DNA of 64,000 nt from a bacterium (GTDB lineage: Bacteria; Electryoneota; JAOADG01): assembly GCA_963681965.1 (NCBI GenBank), contig OY820579.1, positions 1,824,001-1,888,000 of the forward strand, in the 5' to 3' direction. A program made the position numbers and the translations under genes. The notes beneath the pieces are model-generated. The model did not search any database. It was not told the DNA's origin and saw only the letters and a list, made by a program, of their open reading frames with translations. Position 1 is the stretch's first letter. Every line of letters starts with the position of its first letter. This document shows positions 48,701 to 57,410 of the stretch, piece after piece.

Positions 48701-49960
48701 TTTGTGAATGATGTATTTCATAATAACATCGCCGCTAATGCTGGCAATGCTATTTACGAGCGACAAGCAGTTATCCGAATGAATTCGTCATTGATTGTCG
48801 GACTATCGGGCAGTTCAACGGACATTACTGGACCTTCCGGCTTCTCTGAACCACTTCGGTTCTTCTCTTATATCGAACGCGAAAATGCCGCTTTCAATGC
48901 AGCTGCATTGTGGGGCACCGATACCGTCAATTATCGACTATTGTCCAATGCACCAGCAGTTGATGCCGGCGATTCTGCTTCGACCCGAAACGACTTCTGG
49001 TTCCCACCAGCCGACAGTACCGCAAGAAACGATGCCGGATTGACCGGTGGTCCGTATGCCGGTACCGGTGACATTAACGATGTTGGTATCGTTTTATTTT
49101 CTAATCCTGTAAATGGCGATATGCCGGATGCAATCGTATTCACCAATTCGCAGACAAGTGAGTTGATCACAGTTGATTCACTTCGCTATAAACCGGATTA
49201 CGAGGCAAGTAGAGTTTTGAACTTTGTTGCGATCTCGAATGGATCGACTGTTTATCGGGCACGTATTCCTCAAAGCGGTGCTGCTGTATTGACGGTATTC
49301 GCTCATTCGCCATCACAAGCCTTCGAAGTTTCGCGCCGAATCGGTGTGATTTCTTCCGGTACAATGAAAGTTGGTCCGTGGACCGTTCATGCCGGTAGTG
49401 GTTCCGGATTGGTTAGCTGCCAACTGACAACCCTTGAAGCGATCGACAATATTGGACCGGCAATCGACATCTCGCAACCGGATATGCGATCGACCATTGT
49501 TACTTTTAACGGCGGTTTACCGACTGATACTGAGCTGGGATTATTCAAATTAGTGAATAACGAATGGCAATTGACTGGTCGAATCGATCGCGGAACCGAT
49601 TTCGCTACTGGTTCGGTTTCTGGATCCGGTACCTATCGAATTGCTGCGGTCACTGCGGAATCGAACAATATCGAAATTCCGAACGGTTTCTATATGTCGC
49701 AAGCATATCCGAATCCGTTTAATCCATCGACCAATTTGCGATTGAATATCGCTCGAACGGGTTTGTATACCGTTAAAGTGTACGATCTCTTGGGTCGTGT
49801 CGAAGCCGACTTGTTCAGCGGTACGTTGCAAGCGGGATCGTTCCAGATCAGATGGGATGGCGTCAATGACGACGGTCATACCGCTGCGTCAGGTGTTTAT
49901 TGGGTGAAAGCCACCGGTCCGTCCGGTGTCGCTGTTCGGAAAGTACTGTTACTGAAATAG
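45746..49960 (+). CDS. Large secreted beta-helix/Ig-domain protein with T9SS type A (FlgD-Ig) C-terminal domain
   Basis: Signal peptide; two beta-helix blocks with GGA[FC]/FxxN repeats; ASH/choice-of-anchor-D-like Ig domains (DFG, ISNNGNDTL.I, F.PDS); C-terminal YPNPFNPST...YDLLGR...WDG...ASGVY...RKVLLLK. Confidence 0.85.
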   Translation: MRILSKRRYVFVLLTATLMVLGCALSAWAIDVQGNQSGIWSYSNSPYRITGNVTVPKGDTLFIEAGVQVIYTGSYEILVDSNATFIVRGDSSYTRTITSIDTVKFTSSNASPDTLWGRGVRFILANNNSQIRYAKVNMMHARGIWPKNNGGAFYIEGCSPRFKFVEVYGCRADYYGGAFHFWFSNSTLEQVLIDTCFSQQGGAGIDAWYSTINLRFSTIVRNYMPDAAWIWDRGAGLYIGSNSLVRISHCIFMKNNNLPASVTRESGINTTGENSSFTSEYSFWKGIASGNGNVILDFTSSYSPFLRSPLWCPTVASPFVDVGDKDFVGDADSTYGFRFEPAPNGNRINIGYYAGTVYAARSLPLAKINGTNDESVTTNDTLLWLKDGSAVNNGVTVTQTIIIKNQSKVPHDASALRMSNLMVHDSSLTIQLTINDRDTIIQSLASVPPIFGPNANKADTALTLKINWTPRVTGDSVRFLSQITWDWNDSNTVQQPYIFWFKALGINPHIAAGIIDNSGHEVAIDTGGVDFGVQRLHSKTIKKLPVHSTGTTTLDIYYARFVNSTRAGYSVDKIWWAKFDSIYTRDTNGYMDNVGKTLTAGRSDTIYFAFTPDSVGAYEETMYILSSDTTISFPVKGFSRGAYLRTDATHNFTNRSIGFVPVGQNRRMYIKISNNGNDTLKIDSIRFFKRNGTDYSTTMLTDMTHQIVVAPVGESYRPTADSIPVVFAPDSVKLDTIHGMIYSNSYRSEPISVIVRGVLFGTYLSSNISGTLTSANSPYVVTGSVLIDSTSALRIESGSKVLFEPNATLNIRGKLVIHGTGYDTTKSVRFGALDSTNNRKALLNFVETSEDNSISYTEFCGPLRDNTTREPLIKVKRSTISLDHCTFTKGKSDTGSAINAYQSAVNLTRNYFTNNKSTLGGAFYSFDSRVVMIRNRFEANIADSIGGACYTRGNNSNFSSYNDLYKLNTAYKGAAIGIYDGATTDFVNDVFHNNIAANAGNAIYERQAVIRMNSSLIVGLSGSSTDITGPSGFSEPLRFFSYIERENAAFNAAALWGTDTVNYRLLSNAPAVDAGDSASTRNDFWFPPADSTARNDAGLTGGPYAGTGDINDVGIVLFSNPVNGDMPDAIVFTNSQTSELITVDSLRYKPDYEASRVLNFVAISNGSTVYRARIPQSGAAVLTVFAHSPSQAFEVSRRIGVISSGTMKVGPWTVHAGSGSGLVSCQLTTLEAIDNIGPAIDISQPDMRSTIVTFNGGLPTDTELGLFKLVNNEWQLTGRIDRGTDFATGSVSGSGTYRIAAVTAESNNIEIPNGFYMSQAYPNPFNPSTNLRLNIARTGLYTVKVYDLLGRVEADLFSGTLQAGSFQIRWDGVNDDGHTAASGVYWVKATGPSGVAVRKVLLLK

Positions 49961-49968
49961 GAATTCCT

Positions 49969-50574
49969 ATGAAGAAGTTACTTCCATTGATTTTGTTAAT
50001 GTCAATATTCGTCGGATGCAAATCCGATGATAAAGCGACAGGACCGACTGGAGATGCCAGAACGATCGCGGCGAGCGGTTGGGATTTATTCGAAGTTGGC
50101 GAATATTCGAACGCGTTGAATCTGTTCAACCAAGCTGAAGCGATCGATGGCGGTTTAGTCGACGCTAAAATCGGAATTGGCTGGTCGGAAACGCGCGCAA
50201 GTACACACAACTATCAACGCGCAATTGCCAAGTTCGCTGAAATCTTGAATCCTCAAACGGGATTGGCGAAAAACTCCAATGATGCTCAAGCCGGCTTGGC
50301 ATATGCTTATTATGGAAATTCGCAATTCAACGAAGCGGATTCTGCTGCGACCTATGTTGTTGTGCGATCGTCGATTTGGAACTTTATTCACGATCAATCA
50401 ATATCCGTACAAGATCTCCACGCGTTACGCGCGTCTTGCAGATTTAACGTCGGTAATTTCGATTCCTCGCTGGCTGCTATTCAAAGAATCGACGCCGACT
50501 TTTTTGTCGACGTCAATAGGGCAGATGGTCGAGCATTATTGGCGCAAGAAATCGAGAGGTGGTTGGGAAGATGA
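49969..50574 (+). CDS. TPR-repeat lipoprotein
   Basis: MKK..lipobox FVG-C then KSDDK; GWDLFEVGEYSNAL..F..A and AGLAYAYY TPR helices. Confidence 0.8.
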   Translation: MKKLLPLILLMSIFVGCKSDDKATGPTGDARTIAASGWDLFEVGEYSNALNLFNQAEAIDGGLVDAKIGIGWSETRASTHNYQRAIAKFAEILNPQTGLAKNSNDAQAGLAYAYYGNSQFNEADSAATYVVVRSSIWNFIHDQSISVQDLHALRASCRFNVGNFDSSLAAIQRIDADFFVDVNRADGRALLAQEIERWLGR

Positions 50575-52625
50575 GAAACCGTATCTTCGATCGCATTTTG
50601 TCGATCCGTCCTTGTAACAAAGGTCTAATTCTGTCGATGCTCATTGCAGCGACTCTATTTGGCTGCGGAAAATACGAAGGGTCGGTGAACTCCAATCAGG
50701 CACCGGATGTCGATTTTGCCACGACGCCGCTCGACAGCACGCAATTCAGCGCATCACCGGTTGTATCGTGGTTCGGAACCGATCCCGATGGTTTTGTTGA
50801 GTATTACAGCTATGCCGATATCGTTGACCCGGTATCTCTTGCCGATGTCGGTGCACCGCAACGGTACATTGATAATAAGATGATTCCGCAGGATGCTTGG
50901 ACTAGAACGTCGTCAACTAGCGACACAATTGTGCTTCGAACTTCCGAAGGCGATACGACACGTCACGTTCTATATCTCAAGGCGACTGACGATAAAGGCT
51001 TGGATTCGAAAATCAAGTATCGAATTTTCGATCGCTCGAATCAACCACCGAATCCACCGGAAATCAAAAATCCGACTACCGATGAATGGAAGTCGCGTCT
51101 AGAATTGCCCGATACGATGTATTGTATCGAGAATGTGACTACTCTTTGGACGGGAATTAATTTCAATTGGAAAGCGAGCGACCCCGATTCTAAAATCGGA
51201 CAGAATATTCCGCTGTCTTACAAATATTACTTGATCAAAGCTCCGAACGATACAATCCGTCGGTACGTAACGACTGGTTGGATCACTACGAAAACACTCA
51301 CAATTACCGGTCTCGAAACTGGTTCGTATCGCTTTGAAGTGTACTCGCGAGACGACGGTATGACTACTTCGCGCGCTCCGGGTGTTTGTTACTTTACTGT
51401 TATCAAACCGACGTTCGACAAGAACATCATGATATACATGGAAGCCAATACCAGCAATACCGGCTTCACTTATGCTCGATTAATTCCTGACACGGCGAAA
51501 GCATATTACAAGAATTTACTGCAAACGATTCGAACCAGTTATCCGCAATTCCGCAATCTTCGCTACGATGTGAACAACGATGAAGATGTGAAATTCGTGG
51601 TATTGGATTCGGAACGAGTGCGCGATATTCCGTCAATGATGCAGCTGTCGCGGTATCGCTTGGTCTTATGGATGCAGGATGCCGGATATAATTCGGCGCG
51701 ATTGTTTAGTGGCATCCGATTGCAACGCTTTAATAAGTATCTCAATGTCGGTGGTAGAATGCTGGTCTCGGGACGCTTATTATCGGTCAATCAATTGTCG
51801 GTACCTGCGGCTGCCGATACAGTGTATCGCGTCCAACGTAACGAATTTTTTACCAATTATATGGGTTGCCAATTGGTCGACGACCCAGTTACTCGCGCTT
51901 CAACGAAACCCGATACCTCGGAATTTCGCGCAGCAATTTCTCAAGTTGGCGGTTTGTCGAATCTGACATTCGATTCTACCATCTTCTTTGATCAGTCCAA
52001 GTATTATAACCGTCGCGTTTATCCTGCCAACACGCAGTGGCGAGGTTGTCCCGGCGTCGATTATTTATCGACGACATCGGCTCGAACACTGTATACATTT
52101 ATGTCGGCAACCGAAGATACGGTTTTCTACCCAACGCACTATACGGGTGAACACTCGACAGTCATTGAACGTCGAGACGCAACCATTGGTGGGCAAACGA
52201 TCTCGTATCCTCCAACTCCGACAAATTGTTTAATCCAGATTATTCGCGACGGCGATATTACGTCAATGACTCGAGTTGAGAATATCACTAAACGAAATCT
52301 CGATCCAAATTCGAATTGGCGCGGATCTGTTCGATCGATTACCGGTAGCTATGCCTTCATAACGTACCAATATGGTGAACCGTGGATGGCATCGGATACG
52401 CTCGAAGTCGATTACTCTTATCGTGCTACTTCCCCGCGTACGGGTAAACCAATTTGTACATCCAATGAAATCTCGATGACTTACGGAAATACAACGGTAT
52501 CGGTATTGTTAACGAGAACGGTCTTTTGCTCCTTCCCATTCTATTTCCAGCACCAAGCGGAAGTACCCCAGAATTTTGGGTATTTGCTTAACTGGTTATT
52601 AGGTTCACCGAGCGACAATCTGTAG
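50571..52625 (+). CDS. Lipoprotein with FN3/Ig-like domains and C-terminal flavodoxin-fold (GATase-like) domain
   Basis: Lipobox LFG-C; NQAP..W.GTDPDG and NQPP..W.ASDPD modules, ITGLETGSYRFEV; LSRYRLVLW...YLNVGGRMLVSG...FPFYF; ATGA overlap. Confidence 0.7.
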   Translation: MRNRIFDRILSIRPCNKGLILSMLIAATLFGCGKYEGSVNSNQAPDVDFATTPLDSTQFSASPVVSWFGTDPDGFVEYYSYADIVDPVSLADVGAPQRYIDNKMIPQDAWTRTSSTSDTIVLRTSEGDTTRHVLYLKATDDKGLDSKIKYRIFDRSNQPPNPPEIKNPTTDEWKSRLELPDTMYCIENVTTLWTGINFNWKASDPDSKIGQNIPLSYKYYLIKAPNDTIRRYVTTGWITTKTLTITGLETGSYRFEVYSRDDGMTTSRAPGVCYFTVIKPTFDKNIMIYMEANTSNTGFTYARLIPDTAKAYYKNLLQTIRTSYPQFRNLRYDVNNDEDVKFVVLDSERVRDIPSMMQLSRYRLVLWMQDAGYNSARLFSGIRLQRFNKYLNVGGRMLVSGRLLSVNQLSVPAAADTVYRVQRNEFFTNYMGCQLVDDPVTRASTKPDTSEFRAAISQVGGLSNLTFDSTIFFDQSKYYNRRVYPANTQWRGCPGVDYLSTTSARTLYTFMSATEDTVFYPTHYTGEHSTVIERRDATIGGQTISYPPTPTNCLIQIIRDGDITSMTRVENITKRNLDPNSNWRGSVRSITGSYAFITYQYGEPWMASDTLEVDYSYRATSPRTGKPICTSNEISMTYGNTTVSVLLTRTVFCSFPFYFQHQAEVPQNFGYLLNWLLGSPSDNL

Positions 52626-52646
52626 TATGAATATTTCATTTTCGAA

Positions 52647-52677
52647 AATCCCCCCTCAGTCCGAGGGGGGATTCTTT
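52647..52677 (+). terminator. Hairpin ending the TBDT operon, overlapping the next RBS
   Basis: AATCCCCCCTC-AGTCC-GAGGGGGGATT-CTTT immediately before ATG 52678. Confidence 0.75.
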
Positions 52678-54558
52678 ATGCAGCGACGGCACCTTTATTG
52701 GTTTTGTGCCGCTGTTGTTATTTTGATCTTGATGGCGATCGGTATGTCATCGCCAATCACCGGAGTCGATTCTGGATTAAAGTGGTTAGGTGCTAAACAA
52801 TTTTCGACTACTAACTCGCTGACAATTACTCCCGCTAAAAACGGTATCCTCTCGCAACAGGAGTTTCCACCCTGTCCCGAACCATTTCTCTATCTATTAA
52901 ATGGAAAGCTGTATCCGGTATTTGCAGTTATTCCGATAATATTGAATGGTTATGTCGATCGACTTCTTGGTGACAGATTTTGGTGGTTGTGGTCGGTTTT
53001 GCCGACACTGATTCTATTATTCATTTTTTTTTCCGAAACTAAAAAATTATCGATCGATCCACTTTGGGCTACTTTCGCGCTGTTATTAGCGACTCCCCTT
53101 TCGATCTATGCCGTTACCTATTGGGAACATGCTCTCGCAGCAACTATTGCGAGTGTCGGAATAATTTCATTATCCCGCAAGAAAACTCACAATGCCGTTT
53201 TAGCTGGAATTTTATTGGGACTAGGTCCGTGGATTCGAGTGGAGTTACTGGGGTGGGGAGTACTAGCAGGAATTTTTGCTATCGGATTTATTCCTTGGAA
53301 AAATTGGGTAACTGCCAGTTTCTGCTTCATGTTTTCGCTAGTATGCGGTCTAATAGTGAATCATTTAATGACGGGAAATTGGTTTCCATTACAAGTAATC
53401 GCCAATTACGAAACTGGACAAACGCTGCTTTCCGATTTCCGTTTTTCACGTATCCCGTGGGAAGCATATTTCGAAATGCTGATCGGTGCCGGTTCGGTAT
53501 GGGTTAGCATAGCTCTGTTACTGCTTACGATAGCAGGGATTGTTGGGTGGCGAAAACAAAACAACTGGGTAGTCGCGTTGATGATCATACCGATTGTCTA
53601 TTTCATCACTCGATTGCTTGATCCGCTTCCGGTTTTTCACATGCTCCATGCGAATGGGTTGTTGTATACTTTCCCGGTCATCGTGTTTGCCGGATGGGGT
53701 TGGAAGCGTCTTCCAGCAGCGCGAATATGGCTGGGAGCGGCACTTGGATTATTCGGAATGGTATTACTGATGGGAGGAGTAATTCAGGGTATTCATTGGA
53801 GTGTAAGGTACTTACTCCCACTGTCCGTTCCAGTTGCTTTCGCAGCTTTGTTGGCTTTGAAAGAACGTTCGATCGCTCCACACAATCTCGCAATTGGAAT
53901 CGCAGGAATACTCTGTGTTACAATCTATGGATGGATCTGGCATAACAACATCGCACACCGGCAAATCGAATTTGCCGCAACGATGCAAGCTGATTCAGTG
54001 CTCATAGCCTCCGATGTATCTTGGCTTGGCGGCGATTTAGCGCCCCTCTTGGCAACCCATGAAATCGTCTACGTAGGCGATCGCGAACGTATTGGGAGAA
54101 TGCTGATTACTCTTAAAGCGAATCAAAGGAATCGGTTTCAGTTTGTCCGAATGGCTTCGGCGGTTCCACTATATCGCGAAGGGAATCGACAATGGTTGAA
54201 GTTGATCAAACCGATTGTTCGAAAAAATGCACCAACCCCTGAAGCGGATCACTATTACCGAGTTGAGGAATACGAACTCTGCAACGATTCACTTGCTTAT
54301 TCCCGATTAGCTGGAGAATGCGCTGCATTACGTCTATCACGGGGTGATCCGCGGGGAATCGATGATGCCAGATTGGCTTTGATTTGGGCACTCGATGATG
54401 TTCGTCCAGCGATTCAAATCTTGAGCTATGGCGTGGAAAACAATGATATCGCGCTCATTCGCGAAGGGAGAAGTTATCTCGATGCGAAACCTGTACCCGA
54501 AAAATTCCGATCATTAATCGAACAAGCTGATCGAATGATTTTAAACAATAAAAAATGA
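52678..54558 (+). CDS. Multi-pass membrane protein, putative GT-C-fold glycosyltransferase
   Basis: ~11-13 TM; first-loop D.GLK acidic motif, TPL..YAV.YWEH, W.R.E, RYLLP motifs typical of PMT/ArnT-like GT-C proteins; soluble C-terminal domain. Confidence 0.65.
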   Translation: MQRRHLYWFCAAVVILILMAIGMSSPITGVDSGLKWLGAKQFSTTNSLTITPAKNGILSQQEFPPCPEPFLYLLNGKLYPVFAVIPIILNGYVDRLLGDRFWWLWSVLPTLILLFIFFSETKKLSIDPLWATFALLLATPLSIYAVTYWEHALAATIASVGIISLSRKKTHNAVLAGILLGLGPWIRVELLGWGVLAGIFAIGFIPWKNWVTASFCFMFSLVCGLIVNHLMTGNWFPLQVIANYETGQTLLSDFRFSRIPWEAYFEMLIGAGSVWVSIALLLLTIAGIVGWRKQNNWVVALMIIPIVYFITRLLDPLPVFHMLHANGLLYTFPVIVFAGWGWKRLPAARIWLGAALGLFGMVLLMGGVIQGIHWSVRYLLPLSVPVAFAALLALKERSIAPHNLAIGIAGILCVTIYGWIWHNNIAHRQIEFAATMQADSVLIASDVSWLGGDLAPLLATHEIVYVGDRERIGRMLITLKANQRNRFQFVRMASAVPLYREGNRQWLKLIKPIVRKNAPTPEADHYYRVEEYELCNDSLAYSRLAGECAALRLSRGDPRGIDDARLALIWALDDVRPAIQILSYGVENNDIALIREGRSYLDAKPVPEKFRSLIEQADRMILNNKK

Positions 54559-54618
54559 TTCGATTCTATACGCTCGTTTCGAGAGATGAAATTCGGAAAA
54601 AAATGAGTAGATATGAGA

Positions 54619-54644
54619 AATCCCCCCGTTTAACCGGGGGGATT
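54619..54644. terminator. Bidirectional terminator between the GT-C gene and the cold-shock gene
   Basis: AATCCCCCCG-TTTAAC-CGGGGGGATT. Confidence 0.78.
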
Positions 54645-54684
54645 CTGTTTAAGGTTCTTAATAATACTGGGTACGACCGGGGTT

Positions 54685-54894
54685 TTATTCGTGAGCCGGC
54701 TGTACGTTTTCAGCCTGAGGACCTTTCGGACCGTCCTTTACTTCGAACTCGACTTCCTGTCCATTTTCCAGCGTCCGGAAACCGGAACCTTGAATCGCGG
54801 AATAGTGTACGAATACATCACGACCACCATTGTCCTGCGAAATGAAACCGTAGCCCTTCTCCTTGGAGAACCACTTGACTTTACCTTTTACCAC
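54685..54894 (-). CDS. Cold-shock protein (CspA family)
   Basis: GKVKWF..EKGYGFI (RNP1), DVFVHYSAI (RNP2), KGPQAENV; GTG start with AAGGA RBS. Confidence 0.97.
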   Translation of the reverse strand: MVKGKVKWFSKEKGYGFISQDNGGRDVFVHYSAIQGSGFRTLENGQEVEFEVKDGPKGPQAENVQPAHE

Positions 54895-55031
54895 TGTAGT
54901 ACTTCCTTACTCTCACGGTCCGTGAGTCCTTGATTTTACCGATAACGTCGAGCAAACTTCTTTATTCTAAAAAACGGAATAAAAATTTCAAATCAGTAAT
55001 GAACTAGGTCTGCTCGAACGAACTTCGCTTA

Positions 55032-55060
55032 AGTATAATTATATCGTATCCTCTACTCAA
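55032..55060 (-). promoter_or_regulatory. Putative sigma70 promoter of the csp gene, implying a ~130-nt 5' UTR
   Basis: Minus strand TTGAGT-17 nt-TATACT. Confidence 0.55.
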
Positions 55061-55224
55061 GTACTAACTGTAAAAAAAATAAAATTCCCCAAATCTGTGT
55101 CGAATTAAAAAAAACGGCAAAATTTGCTGCAATGTCGTGAAACAGTAATGCGATACTTATAAAATAGTTATTGTATTTATGAAGTTTACGGTAAATTTGC
55201 AGAGTTAGTCGTGTGTAAAATTAC

Positions 55225-56361
55225 TTAATTTGATTGTGCATTATTAGCGAGATCGGTACAAAAATTAATCACTTTTCCGGGTTTCCAACCCTTTGGAAGG
55301 ATCTTTATGACTTCCTCGGAGAGTATAATTCGATGAAATACACCAATTGGAAGAATATTACCGATAATTAACCAAGCGATCCCACGGGCGATTGTTTCAC
55401 GGGCAGAGTGAGGTGTGAAGCCTAATTCATTTATCGCTTTCGAATTGTCGTAAAAACCGTAGCGCTGATATAAATCGATAAATCGATCTCTGGTCAATAA
55501 GGGGCGTTTTCGCATGATCGCAGCCGAGTATTCCATTATGCCAGTTAAGGTTTTTCCAAGGAATTGATTGAGTGAATATCGTGGTGCCGGAAGTCCGGTT
55601 AAACTTCCAATGATTTCATAAAATTCTCTGACTGTTACCCGCTCGCCGCCCAGTATATACCGTTCACCGGGAATCCCTTTAACGGCTGCTAGAAAATGTC
55701 CTAATGCCGCGTCAGTTGCATCGACCACTGTTAATCCACCCGGAATACTAAACGGCATATTTCGTATCAGTGAATGTAAAACCATCTGCATGGAAGGGGT
55801 AATTTTATAATCGTGAAAACCGATCACAACCGATGGATTCACCACAATCAATGGAAGATTATTCGTAGCTGCAATCTGCCATGCTAGCCTTTCCGATAGT
55901 GTCTTCCCTTCGATATAGGAGTCTGCTGGAGCTTCATTCCAATTGGATTCATTGCGTATTTCGTCATGATTGCGCGAGTATCCGATGGCAGCGGTGGAAG
56001 AAGTATAAACAATCCGTTTGATTGTATTACATCTACTCGCTGCTTCTAACACATTGCGAGTTCCCACCACGGCAGTGTCGATAATTTTCGTTTTAAGTTG
56101 TGGATGAAAAGTAAAGAGCGCTGCAGTATGGAATAACAAAGTGCATCCAGCAAGTATCCCATCCCATCCGTCGCGGTTCATAATATCTTGTTCCACTATT
56201 TCAATAGGCAGTCCGCCTAGCGAGGGATGTGGGCTTCCGGGTCGAATCACTGCTCGAACTGAAATACCGTTTGCAAGCAATACCCGAACCAGATTAGACC
56301 CGATGTGACCGTTTGCACCTGTGACAACCGCTAGTTCTGATGGTTGATTGAATTCTGTCAT
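55225..56361 (-). CDS. NAD-dependent epimerase/dehydratase (dihydroflavonol-reductase/HpnA-like)
   Basis: VTGANGHIG, FHTAA, VYTSS, Y...K (YIEGK), VNPSVVIG, GERYILGG. Confidence 0.88.
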   Translation of the reverse strand: MTEFNQPSELAVVTGANGHIGSNLVRVLLANGISVRAVIRPGSPHPSLGGLPIEIVEQDIMNRDGWDGILAGCTLLFHTAALFTFHPQLKTKIIDTAVVGTRNVLEAASRCNTIKRIVYTSSTAAIGYSRNHDEIRNESNWNEAPADSYIEGKTLSERLAWQIAATNNLPLIVVNPSVVIGFHDYKITPSMQMVLHSLIRNMPFSIPGGLTVVDATDAALGHFLAAVKGIPGERYILGGERVTVREFYEIIGSLTGLPAPRYSLNQFLGKTLTGIMEYSAAIMRKRPLLTRDRFIDLYQRYGFYDNSKAINELGFTPHSARETIARGIAWLIIGNILPIGVFHRIILSEEVIKILPKGWKPGKVINFCTDLANNAQSN

Positions 56362-56892
56362 AATCTCAAAATCCGGTTTGGTTTGTTAATTGTCGAATAG
56401 AATTACTATCCAGTCAATTCAAACGATTGCTCTGACTAGTTAAGTATTGTTATTGTGTTTTCTCACTACGAGCTGCAGAAAAAGAAATAAAAACGCGATC
56501 GAGGTATTGCAGCCGAAAAACTCCTAGACTACTTTAATGCTATGGAATGATCCTAATTGAAAACACTGCGCTTTCCATATCGAAATTGGTGCGATAACGG
56601 GTAATTTTATCCTGTTCATTAATAATATACAATCCGTATCGACGTTACGTATTACTAAATATCTCTCAGCTTGCTATGCTTATCCGTGACGATCGTCGAT
56701 CTGCCAAGGGAATATTTTTGTGTAAAATAGGTCGCTTTGACAGGACAAGTAAGTGGATACGGATGAGACTGTCGAATTTTTCGATGACAAATAGTTTAAC
56801 ATTCGGTCTCAATCAATCCTTAATATAAGTCTGGAAATTATGATTGAACGATACAATCCCGGCAAATCACTACGGTATAGGACGGGTAGCCT

Positions 56893-57399
56893 ATGAAAAA
56901 GATAGCGCTATCGATCGTCTCCGTATTGATTATAGTTCTTCTGATACTTTACTGGTGGCGCCTCAATCAATCCAATGCCGGCTATCAACCGGTACAACCG
57001 ATTGCATTCAGTCACAAACTTCATGTGCAGAGCAATAAAATCGATTGCATGTTCTGTCACACGAGTGTCGAACGCGGTCCGCACGCAACGGTTCCCGCAG
57101 CGAGTATATGTATGAAATGTCACTCGCTGGTGCGTACCGATCGACCTGCGATCCAGAAATTGACCGAAATTTTCAACAGTGGCAAACCCGTCGAGTGGAT
57201 CAGGATTCACCATTTGCCCGATCATGTGTACTTCAGTCATCGCTGGCATATCGCGAAAGGATTCAAATGTACCCAGTGTCATGGTCCGATCGATACCATG
57301 GATGTCGTGCAACAAGTGAATCGACTGGAAATGGGTGATTGTGTCAGTTGTCATCGGCAAAATAACGCACCGACAACATGTAACACGTGTCACCAGTGA
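56893..57399 (+). CDS. actA: Alternative complex III pentaheme cytochrome c ActA
   Basis: TM anchor, QPIAFSHKLH, five CxxCH (CMFCH, CMKCH, CTQCH, CVSCH, CNTCH). Confidence 0.92.
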   Translation: MKKIALSIVSVLIIVLLILYWWRLNQSNAGYQPVQPIAFSHKLHVQSNKIDCMFCHTSVERGPHATVPAASICMKCHSLVRTDRPAIQKLTEIFNSGKPVEWIRIHHLPDHVYFSHRWHIAKGFKCTQCHGPIDTMDVVQQVNRLEMGDCVSCHRQNNAPTTCNTCHQ

Positions 57400-57410
57400 T
57401 TGAGGATGGA

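Noticed and set aside
54555-54933. Plus-strand 96-aa and 80-aa ORFs
   Set aside because: Antisense shadows of the cold-shock gene; the 96-aa ORF also crosses the terminator
56858-56892. GGCAAA...GGACG before actA resembling a c-di-GMP-I aptamer
   Set aside because: No GNRA loop, no GCAAAG continuation and no room for the second hairpin
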